Of a stretch of 64,000 nucleotides of DNA, positions 9,035-17,733 are shown piece after piece. The stretch's first letter is position 1; each line of letters begins with the position of its first letter. Under the pieces are notes generated by a model that did not search any database, was not told the origin of the DNA, and was given only the letters and a program-made list of their open reading frames with translations. The position numbers and the translations under genes were made by a program. The stretch is from Candidatus Eiseniibacteriota bacterium (GTDB lineage Bacteria; Eisenbacteria; RBG-16-71-46; CAZEPH01), in contig JBGATO010000009.1 in assembly GCA_044229145.1 (NCBI GenBank), forward strand, positions 17,312 through 81,311, given 5' to 3'.

Positions 9035-9943
9035 ATGACTCGCTCGATTCCTCGTCTGCAGACCGTGCGCCGCGTGGCGGCGGTGCGTCGCGTCGTCCGC
9101 GCCGCCCGGCGTGATGGTCGCCGCGTCTCGTTCGTCCCCACCATGGGGGCGCTGCACGACGGACACCTGGCGTTGGTCCGGCGGGCGCGGCGCCTCGGCG
9201 ACCTCGTGGTGGTGAGCGTCTTCGTCAATCCACTGCAATTCGGCCCGCGTGAGGATTTCAGCCGCTATCCGCGCGATCTGCGTCGCGACGCGGCGTTGCT
9301 GCGCGATGCCGGTGCCGATGTGCTCTTCGCGCCGGCGCTCGACGAGATGTATCCGCATCCGCCGCTGACCGCGGTGGACGTGCCGGCGCTCGCGACCACG
9401 CTGTGCGGGCCGTATCGTCCCGGGCATTTCGCCGGCGTGTGCTTCGTCGTACTGAAGCTCCTGCACCTCGTCGAAGCCGATGTCATGGTGATGGGGCAGA
9501 AGGACGCGCAGCAGGCGACGATCCTCGGCCGCATGCTCGACGACCTCGGGGTGCCCACGCGTTTGGTGGTCGCGCCGACGGTGCGCGAGAGCGATGGGCT
9601 CGCGATGTCGTCGCGCAACGCGTACCTGACGCCGGAACAGCGTGCGACGGCGCCTCGCTTGTACGCGGCGTTGCGCGAGGCCGCGGCGCGGATCGCCGCC
9701 GGCGAATCGTCGCGCGCCCGCGTCGAGCGGCATCTGCACCGTGCGCTGGCACGGGTGCCCGGGTTCGACATGCAGTACGCGCAGGTGGTGGATCGCGCGA
9801 GCTTGCAGCCGCCGCGTCGCATCGAGGCGCCCGTGCTGGTGGCGCTCGCCGGATTCTTCGGCACGACGCGCTTGATCGACAACATCGTCGCCGTGCCGCC
9901 GCGGGCGCCACGCGCGACGCGGTCCCCAAGGAGGAGTGCGTGA
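9035..9943 (+). CDS. panC: Pantoate--beta-alanine ligase
   Basis: VPTMGALHDGH, SVFVNPLQF, RPGHF, GQKDAQQ, DGLAMSSRN, RLIDN. Confidence 0.96.
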   Translation: MTRSIPRLQTVRRVAAVRRVVRAARRDGRRVSFVPTMGALHDGHLALVRRARRLGDLVVVSVFVNPLQFGPREDFSRYPRDLRRDAALLRDAGADVLFAPALDEMYPHPPLTAVDVPALATTLCGPYRPGHFAGVCFVVLKLLHLVEADVMVMGQKDAQQATILGRMLDDLGVPTRLVVAPTVRESDGLAMSSRNAYLTPEQRATAPRLYAALREAAARIAAGESSRARVERHLHRALARVPGFDMQYAQVVDRASLQPPRRIEAPVLVALAGFFGTTRLIDNIVAVPPRAPRATRSPRRSA

Positions 9944-10716
9944 GCAGTCAGAAGGCGCGTGCCGCGATCGTCCTTGCCGCCGGGCAGGGCACCCGGATGG
10001 AGTCCGACCGTGCGAAGGTGCTGCACGAGGTCGGCGGCCATCCGATGGTCGAGCACGTGGTGCGCAGCGTCGTGCGTGCCGGCATCGACATCATCGTCGT
10101 GGTAGTCGGGCACCAAGCGGCCGACGTCAAGGCGGCGGTGCGGAATTTCATCCAGGTCACGTGCGTCGAGCAGCGCGAGCGTCGCGGTACCGGACACGCC
10201 ACGCAGCAGGCGATGCCGTTCCTGCGCGGGACGTGGTCGGAGACGGTGCTGGTGCTCGCCGGCGATGCGCCGCTCTTGCGATCGGAGACGCTGCTCGCGT
10301 TGGCCGACGGCCACGATGCCAGCGGCGCCGCCGCCACCGTGCTGACCGCCGACCTCGATGACCCCACCGGCTATGGCCGCGTGGTGCGCGATGGCGCCGG
10401 CATGCTCGACCGCATCGTCGAACACAAAGATGCGTCGCCCGAGATTCAGGCCGTGCACGAGATCAACAGCGGCATCTACGCCTTCGACATCGAGGCGCTC
10501 GATCACACGCTGCAGCAGGTCACCAACGACAACGCGCAGGGCGAATTCTATCTGACCGACACTATCGGCCTGTTGCGCCGCGCCGGCCGCCCGGTGGCCG
10601 CGGTGAAAGCCTCCGAGCCGAACGAGATCCTCGGCATCAACACGGTGGCGCAGCTCGCCGAGGTCAATGCGATCTACGCGGCGCGCGTCGCCGCGGACCC
10701 TGGACTCGCCTGGTAG
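9940..10716 (+). CDS. Stand-alone GlmU-type sugar-phosphate nucleotidyltransferase (uridyltransferase domain only)
   Basis: LAAGQGTRM...KVLH, GTGHA, GDAPLL, PTGYGRV, EINSGIY, NAQGEFYLTD, GIN. Stops at 258 aa with no hexapeptide domain. AAGGAGG RBS. Confidence 0.85.
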   Translation: MSSQKARAAIVLAAGQGTRMESDRAKVLHEVGGHPMVEHVVRSVVRAGIDIIVVVVGHQAADVKAAVRNFIQVTCVEQRERRGTGHATQQAMPFLRGTWSETVLVLAGDAPLLRSETLLALADGHDASGAAATVLTADLDDPTGYGRVVRDGAGMLDRIVEHKDASPEIQAVHEINSGIYAFDIEALDHTLQQVTNDNAQGEFYLTDTIGLLRRAGRPVAAVKASEPNEILGINTVAQLAEVNAIYAARVAADPGLAW

Positions 10717-10721
10717 GAGCG

Positions 10722-11306
10722 ATGCGCATGGAACGACTGTGGGCCGGGTGGCGCATGACCTACATCAAGGGGCTCGATGGGCATGGCGCGCGCTGCCTGT
10801 TCTGCGGCCTGAAGGACCAGCCGGCTTCCGCGCGCTCGATGATCCTCGAGGTCGGCGAAACGATGTACCTCGTGCTCAATGCGTATCCGTACAACGTCGG
10901 GCACATGATGGTGGTGCCCAAGCGCCACATCGCCGGGCCGGCCAAATTGAAGCCGGCCGAGTCGATCGAATACATGGCGCTCGCGGCGCGCGCCGAGGCG
11001 GCATTGCGTGCGGTGTACAAGCCGCACGGCTTCAATCTCGGGGTGAATCTGGGGCGCACCGCGGGGGCAGGAGTGCTCGGTCACATGCATTTGCACGTCG
11101 TGCCGCGGTGGAACGGCGACACCAATTTCATGCCGGTGATCGGCGCCACCAAGGTGCTGCCCGAAGACTTGCTCGAAACCTACGAGAAGTTGCGCGCCGC
11201 GCTCGCGGGGGAGGCCGCGCCGCGCCGCGTGTCGCGACGTGCCACGCCGCCGACACCGCTGGCGCGCGCCGCCACGGCGCGCCGCCGTCCGCGCGCGCGA
11301 GGCTGA
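10722..11306 (+). CDS. HIT-family nucleotide hydrolase (Ap4A phosphorylase-like)
   Basis: CLFC, LNAYPYNVGH, GFNLGVNLGRTAGAG, HMHLHVVPRWNGDTNF. Confidence 0.92.
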   Translation: MRMERLWAGWRMTYIKGLDGHGARCLFCGLKDQPASARSMILEVGETMYLVLNAYPYNVGHMMVVPKRHIAGPAKLKPAESIEYMALAARAEAALRAVYKPHGFNLGVNLGRTAGAGVLGHMHLHVVPRWNGDTNFMPVIGATKVLPEDLLETYEKLRAALAGEAAPRRVSRRATPPTPLARAATARRRPRARG

Positions 11307-11758
11307 TGGGGCGCCGCCGTCGCGGCGCGCGGGAGTCCGCACACCCCGCCGCCTTCGCCATCCTCATCGTCGGGGGACTCCTGGTCTTGACCGCCGCCGG
11401 GTCGATCGGCGTGGGCTGGTGGATGCGGCGCGACCACGCGGGTCCGGCTCCCGTCACGCGACCCGATACTCCGGGCGAGATCACCGTCGAAGTGCTCGGT
11501 GGGGAGCCAGGGGCCGGCAGCGCGGGGGAAATGGCGGCGGAACTGCGCGAGGCAGGCTTCACCGTCGTGCGGACGGGCCGCGCGGATCGCCGCGACTATC
11601 ACGGACTCCTGGTGGTCGCGCGGATCGAACCGCCGGAAGGCCTCGCGCGCGCACGCCGCGTCGCGGCCTCGCTCGGCACGCCGCGTGTGATCGTGCAGCG
11701 TCAGGATCGGCCGAGCGCCGACGTCACGGTCATCGTCGGCGCGCCCGCCTCGCGCTGA
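11306..11758 (+). CDS. Membrane-anchored LytR C-terminal domain protein
   Basis: TGATG coupling to the HIT gene, one TM helix, ITVEVLGG...AAELREAGF...ADVTVIVG. Confidence 0.7.
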   Translation: MGRRRRGARESAHPAAFAILIVGGLLVLTAAGSIGVGWWMRRDHAGPAPVTRPDTPGEITVEVLGGEPGAGSAGEMAAELREAGFTVVRTGRADRRDYHGLLVVARIEPPEGLARARRVAASLGTPRVIVQRQDRPSADVTVIVGAPASR

Positions 11759-11778
11759 GCGCCCATCCGCCGAAACGC

Positions 11779-11813
11779 CGAAGGCCGGTCCTCGCGGAGA
11801 GGACCGGCCTTCG
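11779..11813. terminator. Hairpin between convergent genes (likely bidirectional terminator)
   Basis: CGAAGGCCGGTCCTC-GCGGA-GAGGACCGGCCTTCG, perfect 15-bp stem. Confidence 0.7.
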
Positions 11814-11839
11814 CGCTGCTCCGTCGTGACTGCGGGCGG

Positions 11840-13639
11840 CTAGCCTTCGTAGCCCGCCTTGGCGCGGTAGTCGACGATCTTCGCGGCCTTGTAGATGTCC
11901 TGGAACCAGCGGTTCAGCATCATCTGCTGGCGGTTCCCCATCAACTGCTGCCGCAGCTGCTCCTTCTGTGTCGCGAAGAGCGTCATGTCGGCCGGCGTCT
12001 TCGAGACGACCTGCGCGATGGCCCAGCCCGAGGGCAGTTCCTGCGGCTTGGTGACGCCGCCCGCCGGCGTGGCGAAGGCGGCACCGAGAAGAGCCGGCGC
12101 CTCGCCGATCCCGGGGAGTGCCTGCACGCGTGACATGCCCGGCGCGGCCTGCACCGGGATGCCAGCCGCCGCCGCCGCCGCCGCGAGCGTCTGGCCACCG
12201 GCCACCGCCTTGGCGATCTGCTCGATGCGCGCCTTCGCGGCATCCATGCGGCGCTGCTGCACCACCATCTGCCGCAACTCCGGCCGCACCGCGTCCATCG
12301 GCTGCAAACCGGCCTTGCGGCGGTCGAGCACGCTCACCACGAGCCACGCGTTCGGCCGGTTGATGGCGTCGCTCACGGTGCCGATCTTCGCGCTGAAGGC
12401 GTAGTCGATGATGCCGCCGCTGTCGAGGCCCTGGAGCGGACGGTCCTTGCTGAAGTACGGCGTCGCGCCGGCCATCAGCTTCATCTCGGTGGCCGCCTGC
12501 TGCAGTCCGCTCTTCTTGGCTGCCTCGATGAGCTGATCGACGCGTTCCTTGGCCTTGCGCAGCGTCTCGTCACCCGGGCGCACCTTGATCAAGATTTCCG
12601 AGTACTGGTAGCCGGGCAGGCCGTTCGACGTCACCGCGCCCTTCGACCCGAACTTGAGGATGTGGATGCCGGCCTGATCCATGACCGGCGCGCTCACCGC
12701 GCCCGGCTGGAGCGCGTCGAGCGCGCTCTTGATCTGCGGGCTCACCACGTTCGCCGGCATCGGCTGCGGCGAGGCGCCGCCGTTCGACGCCCACGGGCCT
12801 TCGGACATCGACTTGGCGACCTCGGCGAAGTCGCGCGTCTTGAGCTCGTCGAGAGCCGCCTTCGCGGTCTCCATCGCCTGCGCCTGGTCGGCGGGCGAGG
12901 GGATAGTCGGGATCTGCACGACGAACAGCTTCGCCTGCTCGTCGGTGGTGAAGAGCGCGTGGTGGCCGTCGTAGAACTTCTTCATGTCCGACTCGCCGAT
13001 GTTCGAGGAGTCGGCGGGGAAGCCGGCGGCGCTCGCCGCCGCCACCATGAGGTCGGCCTTCTCGGCCTGGTCGATGAACGCTTGCTTGACCTCGGCGTCG
13101 GAGACCGTCACGCCGGCGAGCAAGCGCATCTGCAGCTTCTGCACCGGCAGCTGCTGGCGGACTTCCTCTTCGACCGGCGACCAGTCGACGTTGGGATTGG
13201 CGAGCGCCGCGCGGTACTTCGCCGGGTCGAACTGGCCGTTGGTCTGGAACTGCGGCATCTGCGCGACGTCCTGCGGCGGGTTCGTCTTCACCGCCTGGAC
13301 GATCTCGGCATCGCTCACGGTGATCTTGTACTTCTTGACCATCTGCGCGAGCAGCTTGTCGCGCACCAGCGTCTGCCAGGTCTGGTCGTCGATGGCGGTG
13401 CGGGTGGCATCGTCCATCTCGCCGCCGCCGCGCTGACGGTAGTCATTGTAGGCGCGGGCGGTGGCGGCGCGATACTCGGTGATCGAGATCGCCTCGCCGT
13501 TCACCTTGCCGATCACGTTCGCGGGCGCGTTGCCGCCGCCGCTCGAACCGCGGCCCCACATGATGAAGCCGAAGAGGAGGAACGCGGCCGTCACGACGAT
13601 GAAGTAGGCTTTCGCCTGCTGGCGCATGTGCTGCATCAT
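11840..13639 (-). CDS. PpiD/SurA-like periplasmic chaperone with parvulin PPIase domain
   Basis: MMQHMRQ start with GGAG RBS, TM anchor, IGKVNGEAIS, ITVSDAEI, DFAEVAKSMSEGP. Confidence 0.85.
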   Translation of the reverse strand: MMQHMRQQAKAYFIVVTAAFLLFGFIMWGRGSSGGGNAPANVIGKVNGEAISITEYRAATARAYNDYRQRGGGEMDDATRTAIDDQTWQTLVRDKLLAQMVKKYKITVSDAEIVQAVKTNPPQDVAQMPQFQTNGQFDPAKYRAALANPNVDWSPVEEEVRQQLPVQKLQMRLLAGVTVSDAEVKQAFIDQAEKADLMVAAASAAGFPADSSNIGESDMKKFYDGHHALFTTDEQAKLFVVQIPTIPSPADQAQAMETAKAALDELKTRDFAEVAKSMSEGPWASNGGASPQPMPANVVSPQIKSALDALQPGAVSAPVMDQAGIHILKFGSKGAVTSNGLPGYQYSEILIKVRPGDETLRKAKERVDQLIEAAKKSGLQQAATEMKLMAGATPYFSKDRPLQGLDSGGIIDYAFSAKIGTVSDAINRPNAWLVVSVLDRRKAGLQPMDAVRPELRQMVVQQRRMDAAKARIEQIAKAVAGGQTLAAAAAAAGIPVQAAPGMSRVQALPGIGEAPALLGAAFATPAGGVTKPQELPSGWAIAQVVSKTPADMTLFATQKEQLRQQLMGNRQQMMLNRWFQDIYKAAKIVDYRAKAGYEG

Positions 13640-13803
13640 GGCTGAGACAACTCCTGGGTGAGGCAAAGGCGCCCACGAAGGGGCCGAATCGGACGAGGGG
13701 TCCGCGCGTCCGCCGCGTGTCGCCCTTCCACAAATGAGACCGAGCACTGTACCATGCGGGCCACGCAGCCGCAACCGACGCGGCCGCCCCGCCCTGGAGC
13801 CGT

Positions 13804-14901
13804 ATGCCGACTCGCACCGAACCACGCACACGGGACGCCTGGATGGATCTGGCGCTGGCCGCGCTCGACCGGGGCGTGCTGGCGCTCGACGACGAGCGCC
13901 GGGTGGTCTTCGTGAACCGCCGGGCCGAGGAGATGCTCGGCCGCTCCGGCGACGAACTGGCCGGTCTGGAGATTTGCGCCGCCCTTGGCGCCCGCGACGA
14001 CCGCTGGCTCGACCCCGAAGGCGACGCCCGGCTCGGCGAACCGGACGCCGAGCGCGTCCTGCGCTTCGAGGTCGGCGGCCGCGAGGTCGCCCTGCGCAGC
14101 GAACCGGCGGCCCTGCTCGACGGCCGCGGCACGGCGGCCGGCACCGTCGTGCTGCTCGAGGAGGAGGACAGCGACCCCGACCTCGAGCAAGCCCGGAAGA
14201 CCGACCGCCTGATTTCGCTCGGCGAGTTATCGGCCTATGTGGCCCACGAGATTCGCAATCCGCTCACCGGTATCCGGACCACGGTGCAATTCGTCGGGTC
14301 GAAGCTGGCGCCCGACGACGACCGCCGCCAGGACCTCGCCGACGTCATCGCCGAGATCGACCGCATCGAGCAGATCATCACCAGCCTGCTGATCTTCGCG
14401 CGGCCGCCAGTGGGCAAGCCATCGCCGACCGCGGTGGGCGACGTGGTGCGTCGCGCCCTCGATAACGTGGCGCCGCAGTGCGCGAGCGCGGGGGTCGCGG
14501 TGGAGATCGCGATCGCCGACGCGGTGCCGCTGGTGCGGGCGGACGCCGACCTCCTGCTGCAGGTCTTCCTCAATCTCGCGCTCAACGCGGTGCAGGCGAT
14601 GACCGAGGGCGGCGGCACTCTCAGCGTCTCGGTGTCGCCGAAGCGCACGCGCTATCGCCGCAACATGGTCGACGTGGTGTTCGCCGACACCGGCGGCGGC
14701 ATCGCGCCCGAGGCGCTCGAGAAGATCTTCGCGCCGTTCTTCACCACGCGGTCGGCGGGTACCGGACTCGGGCTCGCGATCTCGCAGCAGATCGTGCGCG
14801 AGTACGACGGGCTGATCAGTGCGGCCAACCGGCCAGGCGGCGGCGCGCAGTTCCGCGTGTTGTTGCCGGGGCTCTCCGCGCGGCAGGCGGCACATGCCTG
14901 A
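13804..14901 (+). CDS. Cytoplasmic PAS-domain sensor histidine kinase (NtrB/AtoS-like)
   Basis: PAS start (VVFVNRRAEEMLG), H-box AHEIRNPL, N-box NLALNAVQA, DTGGG, FAPFFTT, GTGLGL; no TM segment. Confidence 0.93.
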   Translation: MPTRTEPRTRDAWMDLALAALDRGVLALDDERRVVFVNRRAEEMLGRSGDELAGLEICAALGARDDRWLDPEGDARLGEPDAERVLRFEVGGREVALRSEPAALLDGRGTAAGTVVLLEEEDSDPDLEQARKTDRLISLGELSAYVAHEIRNPLTGIRTTVQFVGSKLAPDDDRRQDLADVIAEIDRIEQIITSLLIFARPPVGKPSPTAVGDVVRRALDNVAPQCASAGVAVEIAIADAVPLVRADADLLLQVFLNLALNAVQAMTEGGGTLSVSVSPKRTRYRRNMVDVVFADTGGGIAPEALEKIFAPFFTTRSAGTGLGLAISQQIVREYDGLISAANRPGGGAQFRVLLPGLSARQAAHA

Positions 14902-16357
14902 TCTCGGACTCGTCCGCGCCGCGACGCGCGTGCTCGTCATCGACGACGAACCATCGATTCGCCGTTCGCTCACCCGCGTGCTCGAGGAGCGCGGCTTCGA
15001 GGTCGAAACCGCGCGCACCGGCGGGGACGGCCTCAAGGCCGCCGAACGCTGGGATCCGACGGTGGTGTTGCTCGACCTCAAGTTGCCCGACGCCACCGGG
15101 CTCGAGATCCTGCGCGCCCTGAAGGAACGCGACCCGGCGGTCGCGGTGCTGATGATCACTGCGTACGGCGACGTCTCCGAAGCGGTCGAAGCCCTGCGTC
15201 TCGGCGCCGCCGACTTCCTCAAGAAGCCGTACGAACTCGAAGATGTCGTGTTGTCGGTCACCGCGGCGGCGCGTCGCGCGGCACTCGAGGCCGAGCTCGC
15301 CCGCTATCGCGCCCGCGACGCCGACACGCTGCGCCGCGACACCTTCCTTGGCGAATGCGAAGCCGTACAGGAACTCCGGGCGCTCATCGTCAAGGTGGCG
15401 CGCGGCAGCGGCACCACCGTCCTGCTCGAGGGAGAAAGCGGCACCGGCAAAGAGGTGGTGGCGCGCGCCGTGCACCGCGAGAGCGACCGGCGCGACGGTC
15501 CGTTCATGGACATCAACTGCGCCGCGGTCCAGGAGACGCTGCTCGAGAACGAACTGTTCGGCCACGAACGCGGTGCCTTCACCGATGCGCGTGAACTCAA
15601 GCGCGGGCTCGCCGAACTCGCCGACGGCGGGACGTTGTTCCTCGACGAAGTCGCCGACATGCCGGCGGCGGTGCAGGCGAAGCTGCTACGCTTCCTCGAC
15701 GGCCGCACGTTCAAGCGGGTTGGCGGCACGCGCGAGATCAGCGTCGACCTCCGGGTGATCGCCGCCACCAACAAGTCGCTCGCCGACGCGGTGGCGGACG
15801 GACGCTTCCGTGCCGATCTCTACTATCGCCTCCGCGTCGTGTCGCTCACCCTGCCGCCGCTGCGCGAGCGTGGCGGCGATGTCGAACTGCTCGCCGAGCA
15901 CTTCCTCGCGCAGTACGCCAAGCGCTTCCACAAGCGCTTCCGCGGCTTGAGCGACGCCTGCCGCGCGGTCTTCCGCCACTACTCGTGGCCGGGCAACGTG
16001 CGCGAGTTGAAGAACGTGATCGAACGCGCCGTGCTGCTCGAGGACGCGGTGTGGCTGGAGCCGGCGCACCTGCCGGCAGAGATCGCGTTGCTCGGCGCGC
16101 CCGACGTGGCGCTCCCGCCGCACACGCTCGACGACGTTGCGCCGCTGCTCGACGAGGCGGCGGACGAGGAACTCGCCGGCACTCCGCCCGACGGATTACT
16201 CACCCTCGACGAAATCACCGATCGCCATATCCTCGCCGTGTTGGAGCATTGCCACGGCAATCGTTCGCAGGCCGCGCGCGTGTTGGGATTGTCGCGCCAA
16301 GGTCTGCTCAATCGTCTGCGCAGTTTGCAAGATCGCTTGCCCCGCATCACGAGTTGA
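14894..16357 (+). CDS. Sigma54-dependent response regulator (REC-AAA+-Fis HTH, NtrC/AtoC family)
   Basis: VLVIDDE...LLD receiver, GESGTGKE, ELFGHERGAFTDA, LFLDEV, WPGNVREL, GNRSQAARVLGLSR. Confidence 0.95.
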   Translation: MPDLGLVRAATRVLVIDDEPSIRRSLTRVLEERGFEVETARTGGDGLKAAERWDPTVVLLDLKLPDATGLEILRALKERDPAVAVLMITAYGDVSEAVEALRLGAADFLKKPYELEDVVLSVTAAARRAALEAELARYRARDADTLRRDTFLGECEAVQELRALIVKVARGSGTTVLLEGESGTGKEVVARAVHRESDRRDGPFMDINCAAVQETLLENELFGHERGAFTDARELKRGLAELADGGTLFLDEVADMPAAVQAKLLRFLDGRTFKRVGGTREISVDLRVIAATNKSLADAVADGRFRADLYYRLRVVSLTLPPLRERGGDVELLAEHFLAQYAKRFHKRFRGLSDACRAVFRHYSWPGNVRELKNVIERAVLLEDAVWLEPAHLPAEIALLGAPDVALPPHTLDDVAPLLDEAADEELAGTPPDGLLTLDEITDRHILAVLEHCHGNRSQAARVLGLSRQGLLNRLRSLQDRLPRITS

Positions 16358-16360
16358 TCC

Positions 16361-16439
16361 TGTCCACAATCTAGACGTGTCAACGAAGTAGACAGGCGAG
16401 CGCGCGCTGCGCCTGCGTGCGCTGTCCACATCGTTCACA
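16361..16439. promoter_or_regulatory. Three putative enhancer-binding-protein sites (TGTC-N9-GACA-like)
   Basis: TGTCCACAATCTAGACG (16361-16377), TGTCAACGAAGTAGACA (16378-16394), TGTCCACATCGTTCACA (16423-16439). AT-richer than the surroundings and upstream of a sigma54 promoter. Confidence 0.6.
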
Positions 16440-16537
16440 GGCGCCTCGCGCGCGCCCGTGCGGCGGACGAATGCGGCGCGACGATTTCGTGGCGTCCGTA
16501 TGCGGTTTTCGCTGCACGTCGTGTGCGTCGCGGAGAA

Positions 16538-16555
16538 TTGGCACGCCGACTGCTA
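16538..16555 (+). promoter_or_regulatory. Sigma54 (-24/-12) promoter
   Basis: TTGGCACGCCGACTGCTA: GG at 16540-16541, exactly 10 nt, GC at 16552-16553. Confidence 0.8.
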
Positions 16556-16604
16556 TCTCGTGACGCTGCGAAATGCGTGGACCGTGACGTGAGGAGGTGG
16601 GGCG

Positions 16605-16979
16605 GTGGCGCAGGCAATTCTCATCGTCGATGACGAGCGCCTCCTGGTTCGCACGCTCTCGGCGGCTCTTCGAGAGGCCGGGTATCGTACCGTCACGGCA
16701 TCGTCCGCGGAACAGGCCGAGAAATATCTCGAGCCGGACGCGGCGATCGCGGTCGCGGTGCTGGACAATCGCCTTCCCGGGCGCTCAGGGATCGAGATGC
16801 TGCGGGAAGCGCGTGCGCGAGGTCTGGAGTGGCGGGTCGTCCTGATGACCGCCTTCGAGAGCGCGGACGCACAACGAGAGGCCACGGAACTCGGGGTGGA
16901 TCGCTACGTGCACAAGCCGTTCGATCTGCCGGACATGGTGTCGACCATCGCCGCTCTGTACGGAGCACGCGAGGTCTGA
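16605..16979 (+). CDS. Single-domain response regulator (CheY-like receiver)
   Basis: GAGGAGG RBS, ILIVDDE, VLD-NRLPG, MTA, KPF. Confidence 0.92.
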   Translation: MAQAILIVDDERLLVRTLSAALREAGYRTVTASSAEQAEKYLEPDAAIAVAVLDNRLPGRSGIEMLREARARGLEWRVVLMTAFESADAQREATELGVDRYVHKPFDLPDMVSTIAALYGAREV

Positions 16980-17018
16980 CGAGTCCTCTGCAAACCACGA
17001 GGGGAGGTGACGAAGACA

Positions 17019-17162
17019 ATGGCAGCTGCGAAGAAGGCGGCGAAGAAGGTGGCCAAGAAGGCTCCGGCCAAGAAGGCCGTGAAGAAGGCCGCGAAGAAGG
17101 CGACGAAGAAGGTCGCCAAGAAGGCGACGAAGAAGGTCGCGAAGAAGGCCGCGAAGAAGTAA
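17019..17162 (+). CDS. 47-aa histone H1-like Lys/Ala-rich protein (not in the ORF track)
   Basis: [59 protein letters not shown], 22 Lys, no acidic residue, followed by a terminator. Confidence 0.85.
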   Translation: MAAAKKAAKKVAKKAPAKKAVKKAAKKATKKVAKKATKKVAKKAAKK

Positions 17163-17183
17163 CCTCGGCTGGATGCGGTACTC

Positions 17184-17223
17184 GCGGGGATCACCGAGTC
17201 TCTCGGTGGTCCCCCGCTTCTTT
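17184..17223 (+). terminator. Intrinsic terminator closing the sigma54 operon
   Basis: GCGGGGATCACCGAG-TCT-CTCGGTGGTCCCCCGC followed by TTCTTT. Confidence 0.75.
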
Positions 17224-17234
17224 GGGGGCGCGCG

Positions 17235-17729
17235 GTGACGGCTCGGACGATCGGCATGGGAGTGGCGATCGCGGCATGCGTGGCGATCGCGGGGTGGCGG
17301 GTGGCGCAGTGGGCGCCGCGCGACCGCGGCCTGACGCGCGCCGATTCGTATCCCGCCTCGGTGGTGGCGCCGCCGCCGGGCAGTTACACGCTGCGGTTGC
17401 CGCCGGGCGACTGGCGCCCGCGGACGTTGGCGCCGGGAACCGCGGCGGTGCGAGAGTTGCCGGTGCGCCTCGTGTTTCCGCCCGACGCGCCGGGCACGGA
17501 TTCGTCGCGCTACGAAGGGCTGTACTTGGCGCCGGCGGGGGAGCCGGCGGGCGCGACGCATCGCGTGGTGTTGTTGGCCGAGGCGCCCGAGGCGGGCGAA
17601 TGGGGAGCCCGTGCCGCGGCGTTGGTGCGTCCAGGGCAGTGGTGTTTGGTGGTGGCGTTGCGGTCTCCCGAACCGCCAGACGATTCGCTCACGCTCGTGC
17701 TGACCGCGGCAGCGCGCGCCGCCGAATGA
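17235..17729 (+). CDS. Hypothetical exported or membrane-anchored protein
   Basis: N-terminal hydrophobic segment; fills the gap between the terminator and a convergent gene. No family recognised. Confidence 0.5.
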   Translation: MTARTIGMGVAIAACVAIAGWRVAQWAPRDRGLTRADSYPASVVAPPPGSYTLRLPPGDWRPRTLAPGTAAVRELPVRLVFPPDAPGTDSSRYEGLYLAPAGEPAGATHRVVLLAEAPEAGEWGARAAALVRPGQWCLVVALRSPEPPDDSLTLVLTAAARAAE

Positions 17730-17733
17730 CGCA

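Noticed and set aside
11779..11813. REP/MITE family suggested by shared CGAAGGCC...GGCCTTCG ends with 55125-55160
   Set aside because: The inner stems differ, only two copies are present, and both lie between convergent genes as ordinary terminators do.
15570..15590. GAFTDA instead of GAFTGA as a sign of an inactive activator
   Set aside because: GAFTDA is a common variant in NtrC/AtoC-like proteins, and a sigma54 promoter lies directly downstream.
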